The position numbers and the translations under genes are program-made. The notes under the pieces are model-generated. The model was not told where the DNA came from and did no database searches. It worked only from the letters and a program-made list of their open reading frames with translations. A stretch of 64,000 nucleotides of DNA, from sequence record NC_000866.4, one strand, 5' to 3'. This DNA comes from Escherichia phage T4. Shown in pieces: positions 55,318-64,000 of the stretch; within the stretch, counting starts at the first letter, position 1; each line of letters opens with the position of its first letter.

Positions 55318-55974
55318 ATGGCAGCACCTAGAATATCATTTTCGCCCTCTGATATTCTATTTGGTGTTCTAGATCGCTTGTTCAAAGATAACGCTACCGG
55401 GAAGGTTCTTGCTTCCCGGGTAGCTGTCGTAATTCTTTTGTTTATAATGGCGATTGTTTGGTATAGGGGAGATAGTTTCTTTGAGTACTATAAGCAATCA
55501 AAGTATGAAACATACAGTGAAATTATTGAAAAGGAAAGAACTGCACGCTTTGAATCTGTCGCCCTGGAACAACTCCAGATAGTTCATATATCATCTGAGG
55601 CAGACTTTAGTGCGGTGTATTCTTTCCGCCCTAAAAACTTAAACTATTTTGTTGATATTATAGCATACGAAGGAAAATTACCTTCAACAATAAGTGAAAA
55701 ATCACTTGGAGGATATCCTGTTGATAAAACTATGGATGAATATACAGTTCATTTAAATGGACGTCATTATTATTCCAACTCAAAATTTGCTTTTTTACCA
55801 ACTAAAAAGCCTACTCCCGAAATAAACTACATGTACAGTTGTCCATATTTTAATTTGGATAATATCTATGCTGGAACGATAACCATGTACTGGTATAGAA
55901 ATGATCATATAAGTAATGACCGCCTTGAATCAATATGTGCTCAGGCGGCCAGAATATTAGGAAGGGCTAAATAA
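55318..55974 (+). CDS. t: Holin T
   Basis: 218-aa ORF with a single N-terminal TM segment (VAVVILLFIMAIVWY) and large periplasmic domain. Confidence 0.9.
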   Translation: MAAPRISFSPSDILFGVLDRLFKDNATGKVLASRVAVVILLFIMAIVWYRGDSFFEYYKQSKYETYSEIIEKERTARFESVALEQLQIVHISSEADFSAVYSFRPKNLNYFVDIIAYEGKLPSTISEKSLGGYPVDKTMDEYTVHLNGRHYYSNSKFAFLPTKKPTPEINYMYSCPYFNLDNIYAGTITMYWYRNDHISNDRLESICAQAARILGRAK

Positions 55975-56247
55975 TTATTTGTTCGTATACATCTCTAGAT
56001 ATCGATATACACCCTCAAAACCCTCGTTGAATTCGTCGATGAGGGTTTTCTTATCTTCTTGAGTTAATTCAGAAACAATTTTACGGAATGAATTTTGATT
56101 TAACTTTCTACCTTCATGCGTTACTCCAATCTCATTTAGAAATGCAATAAAATTAGCACGATTCTCAACAATATCTTCTCTGGAAAATTTAATCAAAATA
56201 GATGCAACAGTAATAATTTCACGAACTGTATCAATGTTTTTATTCAT
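55975..56247 (-). CDS. asiA: AsiA anti-sigma70 factor
   Basis: 90-aa ORF recognised as T4 AsiA (MNKNIDTVREIITVASILIKFSREDIVENRANFIAFLNEIG...). Confidence 0.93.
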   Translation of the reverse strand: MNKNIDTVREIITVASILIKFSREDIVENRANFIAFLNEIGVTHEGRKLNQNSFRKIVSELTQEDKKTLIDEFNEGFEGVYRYLEMYTNK

Positions 56248-56259
56248 TAACTATACCAC

Positions 56260-56412
56260 TCAATTAGTTGACTTTGTTATAATATCATCAGACGCTTGAT
56301 TTGTAAACTGGTCTGTGTAATTTTCTTCAAAAATTTTTTCTACGAATTCCTTGAACGATTCACGTTCCTGAGCTACATTATGCTCGATTACCTTTTCAAG
56401 ATTATGACTCAT
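56260..56412 (-). CDS. small acidic hypothetical protein (hand-read ORF)
   Basis: about 50-aa ORF MSHNLEKVIEHNVAQERESFKEF... between asiA and arn. Confidence 0.35.
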   Translation of the reverse strand: MSHNLEKVIEHNVAQERESFKEFVEKIFEENYTDQFTNQASDDIITKSTN

Positions 56413-56687
56413 TCGAAATAATCTTCAATTTCATAATCATGGACATAAATCATTATAGTTTTTAATACATCATCAATATTTTTTCCTGGAGCTGGAATTA
56501 CGTAAAAATACCCTGCTTTTGAGAGGTCTTTATAAGTTCCAATCAAGAAATCATTATTCTCAAGATGTAACTCTTCAACTAATTCATTGACAATTGAATG
56601 GTATAGGTTTGGCAGAAACTTATATAGCTTTTCTAGAATATCAATTTTGAATGTATATTGAACCACGGACTGAGAATCAATAATCAT
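56409..56687 (-). CDS. arn: Arn anti-restriction protein (McrBC inhibitor)
   Basis: 92-aa acidic ORF at the T4 arn position. Confidence 0.8.
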   Translation of the reverse strand: MIIDSQSVVQYTFKIDILEKLYKFLPNLYHSIVNELVEELHLENNDFLIGTYKDLSKAGYFYVIPAPGKNIDDVLKTIMIYVHDYEIEDYFE

Positions 56688-56770
56688 AGACCTTCCCCTT
56701 ATGTTTCTGTTTGCGATTAGATTCTTTAAACGCTTTCTTCTTATCCTTATGAACAGAAGCTTTATTAAAA

Positions 56771-56989
56771 TTATGCTTTGCGACTAAATTGTTCATAGTG
56801 CTGAATTACCTCTCTTAAACATTTGCATGTGAATGAAAACTTTTTAGCTACACCACATTCAAATATATGTTCTCTTAAATCGCGTGTATCGGTATATCCC
56901 ATCTCAACAATAAAATGCCGTATTAGATTTTTATCTTTATCGTTTAGAGAATTAAAATAATCAGATTTTGAATTAATTTCCCTGGCCAA
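56771..56989 (-). CDS. hypothetical protein (arn.1 position)
   Basis: 72-aa ORF with a CxxC-like cluster. Confidence 0.55.
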   Translation of the reverse strand: MAREINSKSDYFNSLNDKDKNLIRHFIVEMGYTDTRDLREHIFECGVAKKFSFTCKCLREVIQHYEQFSRKA

Positions 56990-57269
56990 ATTGAATCACC
57001 TTCAGTTGACGTTTTAACTCTTTTATCATCTCTTCGTTCATCGCAATATAAAGATCGCGTAGAGCAGGTTTTAGCATTCCATTTACTGGAGAACTAAATG
57101 GACATACATAATCTTTTCCTACGAGCTTTTTAGTGAATTCCATATCACAGAACTGAAATCCCGGCTCATTGGTATAAATTCCCCAATTAGTTGACATCAT
57201 TTTATTGGCATATTCCAGTGCCTGGATTTGATTCATAATTCCATCAATTTGAAACTTTTTAATATTCAT
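56973..57269 (-). CDS. hypothetical protein (arn.2 position)
   Basis: 98-aa ORF. Confidence 0.55.
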   Translation of the reverse strand: MNIKKFQIDGIMNQIQALEYANKMMSTNWGIYTNEPGFQFCDMEFTKKLVGKDYVCPFSSPVNGMLKPALRDLYIAMNEEMIKELKRQLKVIQFGQGN

Positions 57270-57727
57270 TAGTAAAGGTCCTCAGAGTAAAGTTCTTTTT
57301 CACTACCACGTTCAATACTTACTTGTCCAGCGTAAGTTGCAATAATCATTGCTTCTTCACGTGTCCAATAATTACTATATTGGTCAATAAACCCTTGGTC
57401 ATCATCACAAACTTGCTGAGTAACTAATTGAGGTTTAACTACATCTAAAACTTCTGCCATATCTTTAGAATAATGACGAGCACCTGGAATAATAAGAGTT
57501 CGTCCATCTTTTAATTTAAAACGGTTGGCTGCGCAAACAATTCGTCGTTGATACTTTTGGTTTTCATCCCAGTACGCAGTCTGCCAACAGATTTCAGGAA
57601 CTTCTTTCAGAATATCTTCTTCTGTGCATTTATAACCATGCGCTTTAAATTTTTCAACAAGACTTTCTGGAGTTTCACGAGATAAAGGAACATTCAGCAT
57701 TTTTAAACGATTGATAAATGGGTTCAT
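57269..57727 (-). CDS. hypothetical protein (arn.3 position)
   Basis: 152-aa ORF. Confidence 0.6.
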
Positions 57728-57930
57728 TTAAACCATCCTTTAATACGCTGCCACAAAGTTTTCTGTTGAGCTTTGTTGACGCCAATTGAGCGAATAACCG
57801 GTTGAGATTCCTGGAATTCTTTATAATCAGCAAGGTAAATTTCGTAAGCTGCATCCGTAAATGAACTTATCGCTGCCATAAAATTATTGCGAATACCTAC
57901 TGGAGCATCTTTACTTTCACGAATGATCAT
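57724..57930 (-). CDS. hypothetical protein (arn.4 position)
   Basis: 68-aa ORF. Confidence 0.5.
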
Positions 57931-58063
57931 GTATTTACCAGTCTTAATCTTTACGATAGTTCCAAGATAAGCTCCATGGTACCAAATATCCCAACCCTCT
58001 TGAGTAGGTTCTGCGCAACGACGAAGTTCATTGACAATTTCTAACTTGTTTATTATTTATTCC

Positions 58064-58699
58064 TCACAGTTCAGATGCTACAGTGATTACAGCTTCAATG
58101 TTTTCTGCCGAGCGTTTAATGTCAAGATACACATTACCGTTTTTAGCGATTTTACATGACATTCCGATGTCAGTAAATTTCTGAATATGATGTTCCATCA
58201 TTTTGTATCCAAAAATTCGCATATTTCCATTGTTATTAATTTCAAAATTACGAATTCCGTTAGTGCGTTTTTCTAAAATAGCAAGATAATTACTACGATA
58301 AATTTCAACCTTTTTAAGAACAAATCCATTTTTATCTAAAAGTTTTAACATGAGGTCTTTATCTTCTTCCATATCGGAAGTAATCTCGCGAGCTTTACGA
58401 GTTGCTCGTTTTTTCAGCAGTTCCGGAGCATTTTCCTGTGCATATAAAGTTGCTGCATTTGAAATAATATCCTGAGCTTCACCAGTAATGATTAATCCAT
58501 CACCAGATTTCTCCACCAGGCCTTTTTTAATCAATACCCCAATATTACTATTAACTACTGCGTTACCTAAATCTGGATGCACCTCACGAACTTCTGCAGC
58601 TGTAATGAAATCTTTCTTAGCAATGGTAATTAAAATCGTAGCAGTTTTTTCATTCAGAACATCGTTAGAAGCTTTGATGATGTAAGTTACTTTAGACAT
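58064..58699 (-). CDS. motA: MotA middle-promoter transcription activator
   Basis: 211-aa ORF recognised as T4 MotA. Confidence 0.92.
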   Translation of the reverse strand: MSKVTYIIKASNDVLNEKTATILITIAKKDFITAAEVREVHPDLGNAVVNSNIGVLIKKGLVEKSGDGLIITGEAQDIISNAATLYAQENAPELLKKRATRKAREITSDMEEDKDLMLKLLDKNGFVLKKVEIYRSNYLAILEKRTNGIRNFEINNNGNMRIFGYKMMEHHIQKFTDIGMSCKIAKNGNVYLDIKRSAENIEAVITVASEL

Positions 58700-58732
58700 T
58701 TTCTAATCTCCGTAATTCTGTATCAGTAGTTG

Positions 58733-58795
58733 ATAGTTGTATAGTACCACAGTATGCTTTGGTTGTAAACCGTTTTGTGAAAAAATTTTTAAAAT
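58733..58795 (-). promoter_or_regulatory. T4-type early promoter upstream of motA
   Basis: minus strand AAAATTTTTTCACAAAACGGTTTACA, 17 nt, TACTATAC; near-identical to the element at 41935-41995. Confidence 0.6.
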
Positions 58796-58800
58796 AAAAA

Positions 58801-58820
58801 AGGGAGAGCCTCGGCTCTCC
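58801..58820 (-). terminator. Rho-independent terminator downstream of gene 52 region
   Basis: GGGAGAGCC...GGCTCTCCC hairpin followed on minus strand by UUUUUUAUUUU. Confidence 0.65.
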
Positions 58821-58826
58821 CTAAAA

Positions 58827-58976
58827 TTACTGCATGACTGTGATAACTGTCATGATAACACGTTGAATTCCGAACGCAAGAAGACCTCCTGCTACGGCTG
58901 GAACAACGCCTAAACCCGCCAGTAAAATGCTACCAGATACTAATGCAGCGCTTGTAATACCAATGAATGGACTCAT
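58827..58976 (-). CDS. small hydrophobic membrane peptide (hand-read ORF)
   Basis: 49-aa ORF MSPFIGITSAALVSGSILLAGLGVVPAVAGGLLAFGIQRVIMTVITVMQ; start overlaps gene 52 stop. Confidence 0.4.
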   Translation of the reverse strand: MSPFIGITSAALVSGSILLAGLGVVPAVAGGLLAFGIQRVIMTVITVMQ

Positions 58977-60301
58977 TTGATTTCCTCTAAATCTTTGGTG
59001 TATTCAGTAACTACATCAGTAGTTTTCCAATATTCGTTTTCTTCTTTTTTAGCTTTAGCTTCTTCAGCAAGTTTCTTTGCTTCATCGGAAGTCATATGAA
59101 AAATATTCATTCCAACTAGTTTATCAACATAAGAAGAATACATATCGATTTTCGAAAGTTCTTCGGTCAGTTCTTTACGAGTTTTACCCTGTACAACAAT
59201 TTCACCTGAAATTACTTTCTTAATGAAATGTGCTTTGGCAAAGGCTAAACGAAAAGCTGACTCAGTTTCTTTAATTTTGTTATCAATTCGTTTTTGGACA
59301 TAAGTTTTACGAACTTCAACAAAGTCTTTAATTAAATCAACTACGTTATCGTAAACTTGCAGCTTTCCTTTCTCATTAATAACCGTAATATTCTGGGAAC
59401 GACGCTCAATCAGTCCGAAGTCTTTCATAATTTTTGCATGGCGTTCTTCTTCGTTATCGCTCAAAGAATATTCTTTGCGGAATTTAACTTTGAAGCCAAA
59501 ACCATGCTCACCACAAGCATCATCCCATGTAATGAAGCCTTTATTTTCAAGTGGGTCTAAGATTTTACTCACATAAGTTTCACGATCATACTTATACGGA
59601 ATCTCAGTGATATGCATTTGAGTTCGTGAAGTAAACTTATATGTTCCACGAATTTCATATTGCCCATCAATTTCAACGACTTCACCACGAAATTCTGGGA
59701 ATTCTACTTTCGGTTTAGTTACTTTCTTTCCTTGAAGAGCTTGCAGTACAGCTTTCTTGACAGAAGAAACACTATGAGGAAGAATGTAAGTTGCATAACC
59801 AGTTGCAATACCGGAAACGCCATTAAGAAGAACAGTAGGAATAATAGGCAAATAGAAAGCAGGCGGAATGTGTTCTTTATCTTGATGTACCGGAGCATAT
59901 TCAGTATCTTTATATACGTTATAGAAATTTTTACTTACACGAGCAAAAATATAACGACTTGCCGCTGCCTTTTGGACAGTACGAGAACCAAAGTTTCCTT
60001 GACCATCTAACAGAGGAAAGTTATTATTCCAAGTATTAGCCATCAAAGCACCTGCGTCTTGTGCAGAGTTTTCACCATGATGATATCCAAGGTCCGCTAC
60101 ACCACCTGCAATAGAAGCGAGTTTGTGAAACTTATCTTTATTTCCTCGTGCCAAATCAAGAGCTCGAGCAATAACAAATCGTTGAACTGGCTTAAATCCA
60201 TCAATCATATTTGGGATAGCACGATTTTCAACCGTGTACATAGCATAAGCCAATGCTTCATTATCAATGATACTTTTTAAATCGCGATTATTCAGTTGCA
60301 T
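58973..60301 (-). CDS. 52: DNA topoisomerase II medium subunit gp52
   Basis: 442-aa ORF with GyrA-like active-site region; recognised as T4 gp52. Confidence 0.93.
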   Translation of the reverse strand: MQLNNRDLKSIIDNEALAYAMYTVENRAIPNMIDGFKPVQRFVIARALDLARGNKDKFHKLASIAGGVADLGYHHGENSAQDAGALMANTWNNNFPLLDGQGNFGSRTVQKAAASRYIFARVSKNFYNVYKDTEYAPVHQDKEHIPPAFYLPIIPTVLLNGVSGIATGYATYILPHSVSSVKKAVLQALQGKKVTKPKVEFPEFRGEVVEIDGQYEIRGTYKFTSRTQMHITEIPYKYDRETYVSKILDPLENKGFITWDDACGEHGFGFKVKFRKEYSLSDNEEERHAKIMKDFGLIERRSQNITVINEKGKLQVYDNVVDLIKDFVEVRKTYVQKRIDNKIKETESAFRLAFAKAHFIKKVISGEIVVQGKTRKELTEELSKIDMYSSYVDKLVGMNIFHMTSDEAKKLAEEAKAKKEENEYWKTTDVVTEYTKDLEEIK

Positions 60302-60305
60302 AAAT

Positions 60306-60446
60306 TTACCATACTAGTGAATGTAGTGCCATAATAACATCAGAAATGAAAAGCACGACTTGAATTAATCCGAACATTACTCCGTAATATAGTGCTACCA
60401 ATAAAGCAGCAAGGGCTAATGAATAGCCCAAGATTTTCTTAATCAT
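60306..60446 (-). CDS. small hydrophobic peptide (52.1 position)
   Basis: 46-aa ORF MIKKILGYSLALAALLVALYYGVMFGLIQVVLFISDVIMALHSLVW. Confidence 0.4.
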   Translation of the reverse strand: MIKKILGYSLALAALLVALYYGVMFGLIQVVLFISDVIMALHSLVW

Positions 60447-60594
60447 TAGATAACAACACAAATGTTAAATATGCACACATACCCTGGGCTAAAGCTTGTG
60501 AAAACACACTGCTAGCATCGATACAGATAGTTAAAACACATGCTACTATCCAACAAATAAATGAAATAACTCCTAATAATTTTGCAATATTCAT
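60439..60594 (-). CDS. ac: small membrane protein, probably Ac (acridine sensitivity)
   Basis: 51-aa hydrophobic ORF MNIAKLLGVISFICWIVACVL...; size and position fit T4 ac. Confidence 0.5.
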   Translation of the reverse strand: MNIAKLLGVISFICWIVACVLTICIDASSVFSQALAQGMCAYLTFVLLSND

Positions 60595-60601
60595 ATTTTC
60601 C

Positions 60602-60682
60602 TCACTGGCGTCCGAAGACGCCTTTAGTTTTAAGATTGTTACGATAGAACTGCATCACGTGTTCGTTATGGAAATTACTCAT
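60602..60682 (-). CDS. stp: Stp peptide (suppressor of three-prime phosphatase; modulator of host EcoprrI/PrrC)
   Basis: 26-aa [29 protein letters not shown] matches the Stp peptide as recalled; ATG overlaps ndd stop by 1 nt. Confidence 0.85.
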
Positions 60683-61137
60683 TAATATGCCTGTAAAACA
60701 AATTTAAAGTTATCAGCCAACATACGGTTCATTTCTTCGAGTGTTTGATACTCAGAATGATGATTACGAGTAAACGCCAAAGCTAGCTGACCTTTTCCAA
60801 ATCCCGTCGTTAGAGGTTTCATCTTAGAAGCAGGCAGATAAAACACTGTGTATGGAACATTGTTATTTGCAATAGTACGCGCAAGTTGAGACCGGCGTTG
60901 ACGAATATGACTTAAAACCGCACTGAATCCTTGCTTAGAACGCTGATTACCTACATAAAATCGTGCAGATACGCATGGATTACTAAATGGACCACCGAGT
61001 TTACTCACTAAAAAGTAAAATCCAGGTTTAGATAAAATATCTTTATGCGGAGTTCCTAAAAACCATTCACCACCCTTGATTGTACCAATAACAGTAGCGC
61101 CTGCATCATTCAGATCAGTAACAGTCATATATTTCAT
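60682..61137 (-). CDS. ndd: Ndd nucleoid disruption protein
   Basis: 151 aa from [18 protein letters not shown]...; track ORF extends 16 codons upstream. Confidence 0.85.
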
Positions 61138-61197
61138 ATTAATTTCCTCTAAATTATTTTCTACTCCAAGGCCGCATGAATACACACGGCCATTAAA

Positions 61198-61413
61198 TTA
61201 CTCGTCGCAGTCGACGCTCAATTCCCAAAACTCTTCTACAGTATAAGTTTCAGTATCATTTTCAATACAGAAACGTTCATTACTATTATTTGCTAAAGTA
61301 GCATTAACTGTCATTTTTTCGCTAGTGCTCTTAAGAGGTGAAATACGAATTAACTGATCACCGTTATCTAAACAAAAAATTTCACCAACTTTTACATCTT
61401 TAAAACTTTTCAT
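61198..61413 (-). CDS. hypothetical protein (ndd.1 position)
   Basis: 71-aa ORF. Confidence 0.5.
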   Translation of the reverse strand: MKSFKDVKVGEIFCLDNGDQLIRISPLKSTSEKMTVNATLANNSNERFCIENDTETYTVEEFWELSVDCDE

Positions 61414-61421
61414 AATTCACC

Positions 61422-61529
61422 TCAAGGAGTATAAAATCCAAATGCAGTTGTTGACCATCCCATCCAATATGGAAAATTTACACCAATGTAAAACATAAGA
61501 ATATAAAACCAACCGCTCAGCAAATTCAT
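61422..61529 (-). CDS. small hydrophobic peptide (hand-read ORF)
   Basis: 35-aa ORF MNLLSGWFYILMFYIGVNFPYWMGW... Confidence 0.3.
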   Translation of the reverse strand: MNLLSGWFYILMFYIGVNFPYWMGWSTTAFGFYTP

Positions 61530-61732
61530 CATTTTACACCATTCCAAATTGTTTCAACCACGGATTTTAAACCATTTTGATGAATATCCATTCCTACTAC
61601 CGCCATCAAATAAATTCCAACTACAACTGAACCTAAGGCAAAAATCAGCATGAAAATGAATAAAGCCGGAAAAATATTATCGAAAAACCATTCAATAAAT
61701 GTAAAAGCACTGCGTTTACGTTCATATTTTCC

Positions 61733-61846
61733 TCACATAAATCCAAAGTAAACGTTTAATACATCAATCATTAAAACGATTGGGAATATACTCAAAACTA
61801 TTAGTATTATAACTACATTCCATATAGCTTTAATAATCTTTTTCAT
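61733..61846 (-). CDS. small membrane peptide
   Basis: 37 aa from ATG at 61846 (MKKIIKAIWNVVIILIVLSIFPIVLMIDVL...) with GGAGGA ribosome-binding site; longer track ORF would span the promoter. Confidence 0.45.
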   Translation of the reverse strand: MKKIIKAIWNVVIILIVLSIFPIVLMIDVLNVYFGFM

Positions 61847-61867
61847 TTTCTGTTCCTCCATAGTTGA

Positions 61868-61908
61868 TAGGGTAATAGTACCACGGAAGAACAGTCTTGT
61901 AAACAACT
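61868..61908 (-). promoter_or_regulatory. T4-type early promoter
   Basis: minus strand GTTTACA, spacer, TACTATTAC. Confidence 0.55.
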
Positions 61909-62147
61909 TTTTTAAAAATATTCGTAATAAATGTGAATACCAACTACTACCGCTGAAACCTGTGCAACCCACCACGCACAAGCAATAAGTACAGAATTCA
62001 AAATTTTCATAATAACCTCATTACAAAAGTAAATGTTAAACAAATTACTGGAATACTAATTAACCAAACAAAACACCACCATAATGAACTCATAGTTCAA
62101 TCTCAGCGATTTTCATTTTATTCTCCAAATCCGTATCAGTAGTTGAT

Positions 62148-62195
62148 AGTTGTATAGTACCACGGTCCTTGTGGTATGTAAACTGTTTTGTGAAA
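62148..62195 (-). promoter_or_regulatory. T4-type early promoter immediately downstream of denB
   Basis: minus strand CACAAAACAGTTTACA, spacer, TACTATAC; shares a 31-nt identical block with 58718-58748. Confidence 0.55.
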
Positions 62196-62199
62196 TTTT

Positions 62200-62757
62200 T
62201 TAAATGGAAAGATACCATCCGTTGTAGTTGCTTTTTCTTACAACTTTACGAAGGTCTTCTCTGTCACCGATGAACTTCGGAGTGTACTGGATGACACCTG
62301 GATGAATTTCTTTAGTGTTGAATATAATTATACAGTCAGCGACTTGATGATTTAGAATGGGCCCTAGATTTATTCCAGAACCATATGGATACTCTCCGCT
62401 GCATCCCGTTGTTACCGAAATCCAACGTGAGTCAGTTTGATGTGTCTTAACTTCTACACGAAGCCCGCAGTATTTTGGATGAGCCAATACATCCCATGCA
62501 TATGTGTACGGATCATCGACATCCTCTTGGCCTTTATTGACATATCCACTCAACCAATCTGCCACAAAAAACTCTGCGTACACAGCGATACGGCATCTTT
62601 CGATAACTTCTGCCTTATCTTGATTTGGGTTTTGTTTTAAAGAGTATCTTGCAGTATCAGCAATTTTGACCTTCATTTCACAGGTCAAGTCACTGTTCGA
62701 TAGGGTAAATGTCGGAATCTGAAATAGTCTCTGTAACCCAGGATTCGTTTTCTGCAT
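62200..62757 (-). CDS. denB: Endonuclease IV
   Basis: 185-aa ORF at the T4 denB position. Confidence 0.8.
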   Translation of the reverse strand: MQKTNPGLQRLFQIPTFTLSNSDLTCEMKVKIADTARYSLKQNPNQDKAEVIERCRIAVYAEFFVADWLSGYVNKGQEDVDDPYTYAWDVLAHPKYCGLRVEVKTHQTDSRWISVTTGCSGEYPYGSGINLGPILNHQVADCIIIFNTKEIHPGVIQYTPKFIGDREDLRKVVRKSNYNGWYLSI

Positions 62758-62817
62758 TTAAACTTTCCTTTATGTCGGAATCACCGATATTCATATAAAT
62801 CATAATTTCTCTTAAAA

Positions 62818-62838
62818 CAAAAGGCCGAAGCCCTTTAT
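62818..62838 (-). terminator. Hairpin with UUCG loop
   Basis: minus strand AAAGGGC-uucg-GCCUUUU. Confidence 0.45.
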
Positions 62839-62839
62839 T

Positions 62840-63034
62840 TTACTTGAATTGTGCAATTCTTTTCTCTAGACATTCAGCATAAGATTTCATTGAGATGAAC
62901 TGCGAAAGTAGCAGTTCTTGCTCAACTGCGCTAACTGTTAGAAACTTTGCGCTTTCTAAAAATTTGCTCAGTGCATTAATTTTGAGCATTAATTGATCGT
63001 ATTCTTCTTTTACTCGTGCTTGATAAGCTAACAT
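62840..63034 (-). CDS. hypothetical protein (denB.1 position)
   Basis: 64-aa helical ORF. Confidence 0.5.
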   Translation of the reverse strand: MLAYQARVKEEYDQLMLKINALSKFLESAKFLTVSAVEQELLLSQFISMKSYAECLEKRIAQFK

Positions 63035-63061
63035 AATTTTCCTTAGTTAAGGGCCGAAGCC

Positions 63062-64000
63062 TTATTTAAATTGTTCAGTAACGTCTTCAACTACTTCATA
63101 TTGGCAGGTACGCATTTTAGCATCGTTGTAATCAATCGGAATTGATACTACATCGCGAGGATGAACTTTAACTTTTACAACTCGGCTGGTTGAACTACCA
63201 AAGTGACGAATATAAGATTTAGAACACACATGCAAACCACGAGAACAAGTTTGTGTATCATCGTCATTCACACGAGTACGTGGCATTTTAACTACTTTAC
63301 CCGGACTGTTATCAAAGGTGTTTGAGTGACAGTCAAAGTAATTGCTGCGAACTACTTTCCAAGCATAGAAGTAACCATCTTCTGTAATTTCAATATCGTT
63401 TGCTACCAAGAAATCAAAGAGTCGAGATACCGCTTTTTGGCTTGGGTTTTCCAACAGATTTTCCAAGAACGGAAAATAAAATTCAAAGTTTTCGCCTTTT
63501 TCCATCGAGTCAAGAATACGATCAACCAAACCAGACCGCAATTCAATATTTTGATAGAACAAGCTTCCACCTTCAATTCGAACATCGCCGGAAATATATT
63601 TTTCAACAGCACGACGAACATTAATTTTTTGTGCCGCTTCTTCCAACTTATCCGCTACAAGCAGATTAAGAATTTCCTGGAAGTTTGAATGAGTATTAGG
63701 AGTTGCGTTATAAGTTACGCCATCAACAGTAATTGAAATGAATTTTTTAGATGCATTCCAAATAATGTCAGATTTAGCAACTGGAGCAATAACTGCATCG
63801 CTATTAACTTTAACTGTAATATCACCGCTAATAGTAACTTTAGGGCGTTTAGCTTCTTCAGCATTTTTCAAAACACGACGGATTGTGTCAACCGATACAC
63901 CTTGCCAATCAGCCAATTCCTGTTGGGTGTAATTACCACTTGAATACAGTTTAACAATTTCAGCTTGTTCGTTTTTGGTCAGGCATTTAATATTGTACAT
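63062..64000 (-). CDS. rIIB: rIIB rapid-lysis / Rex-exclusion protection protein
   Basis: 312-aa ORF recognised as T4 rIIB; its ATG is the last 3 nt of the window. Confidence 0.92.
   Translation of the reverse strand: MYNIKCLTKNEQAEIVKLYSSGNYTQQELADWQGVSVDTIRRVLKNAEEAKRPKVTISGDITVKVNSDAVIAPVAKSDIIWNASKKFISITVDGVTYNATPNTHSNFQEILNLLVADKLEEAAQKINVRRAVEKYISGDVRIEGGSLFYQNIELRSGLVDRILDSMEKGENFEFYFPFLENLLENPSQKAVSRLFDFLVANDIEITEDGYFYAWKVVRSNYFDCHSNTFDNSPGKVVKMPRTRVNDDDTQTCSRGLHVCSKSYIRHFGSSTSRVVKVKVHPRDVVSIPIDYNDAKMRTCQYEVVEDVTEQFK

Noticed and set aside
63326-63688. 120-aa plus-strand ORF, with further overlapping ORFs at 63400-63624
   Set aside because: All lie antisense within rIIB; spurious.

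Overview
This window reads as the right-hand ~64 kb of a T4-type Escherichia phage genome (Tevenvirinae), and by recollection of the protein sequences it is phage T4 itself or a near-identical relative; no database search was possible. It runs from just upstream of the major capsid gene 23 to the start codon of rIIB, which occupies the last 3 nt of the window on the minus strand. Late structural genes sit on the plus strand: head 23/24, baseplate hub 51-27-28-29-48-54, long tail fibre 34-35-36-37-38, and holin t. Early and middle genes sit on the minus strand: uvsY-25-26, alt, DNA ligase 30, rIII, 31, cd, pseT, alc, rnlA, denA, nrdB, nrdA, td, frd, 32, 59, 33, dsbA, rnh, asiA, arn, motA, 52, ac, stp, ndd, denB, rIIB. 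Two self-splicing group I introns interrupt td (carrying I-TevI) and nrdB (carrying a truncated I-TevIII remnant). Four free-standing homing-endonuclease genes are present (segD, segE, segG, mobE). I found no rRNA, tRNA, CRISPR array, integrase or transposase. I see no convincing evidence for an undescribed system: nearly every ORF falls at a position and size I recognise from T4. What remains open are the many small ORFs of unknown function, several next to known anti-defence or host-takeover genes, plus a few repeats and ORF-free gaps; these are listed as findings with modest interest scores. The supplied ORF track sometimes begins at GTG/TTG, so several starts were moved to the ATG I could verify. 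Symbols are given only where I recognise the protein; positional T4 names (30.x, cd.x, arn.x) appear in the call text only.
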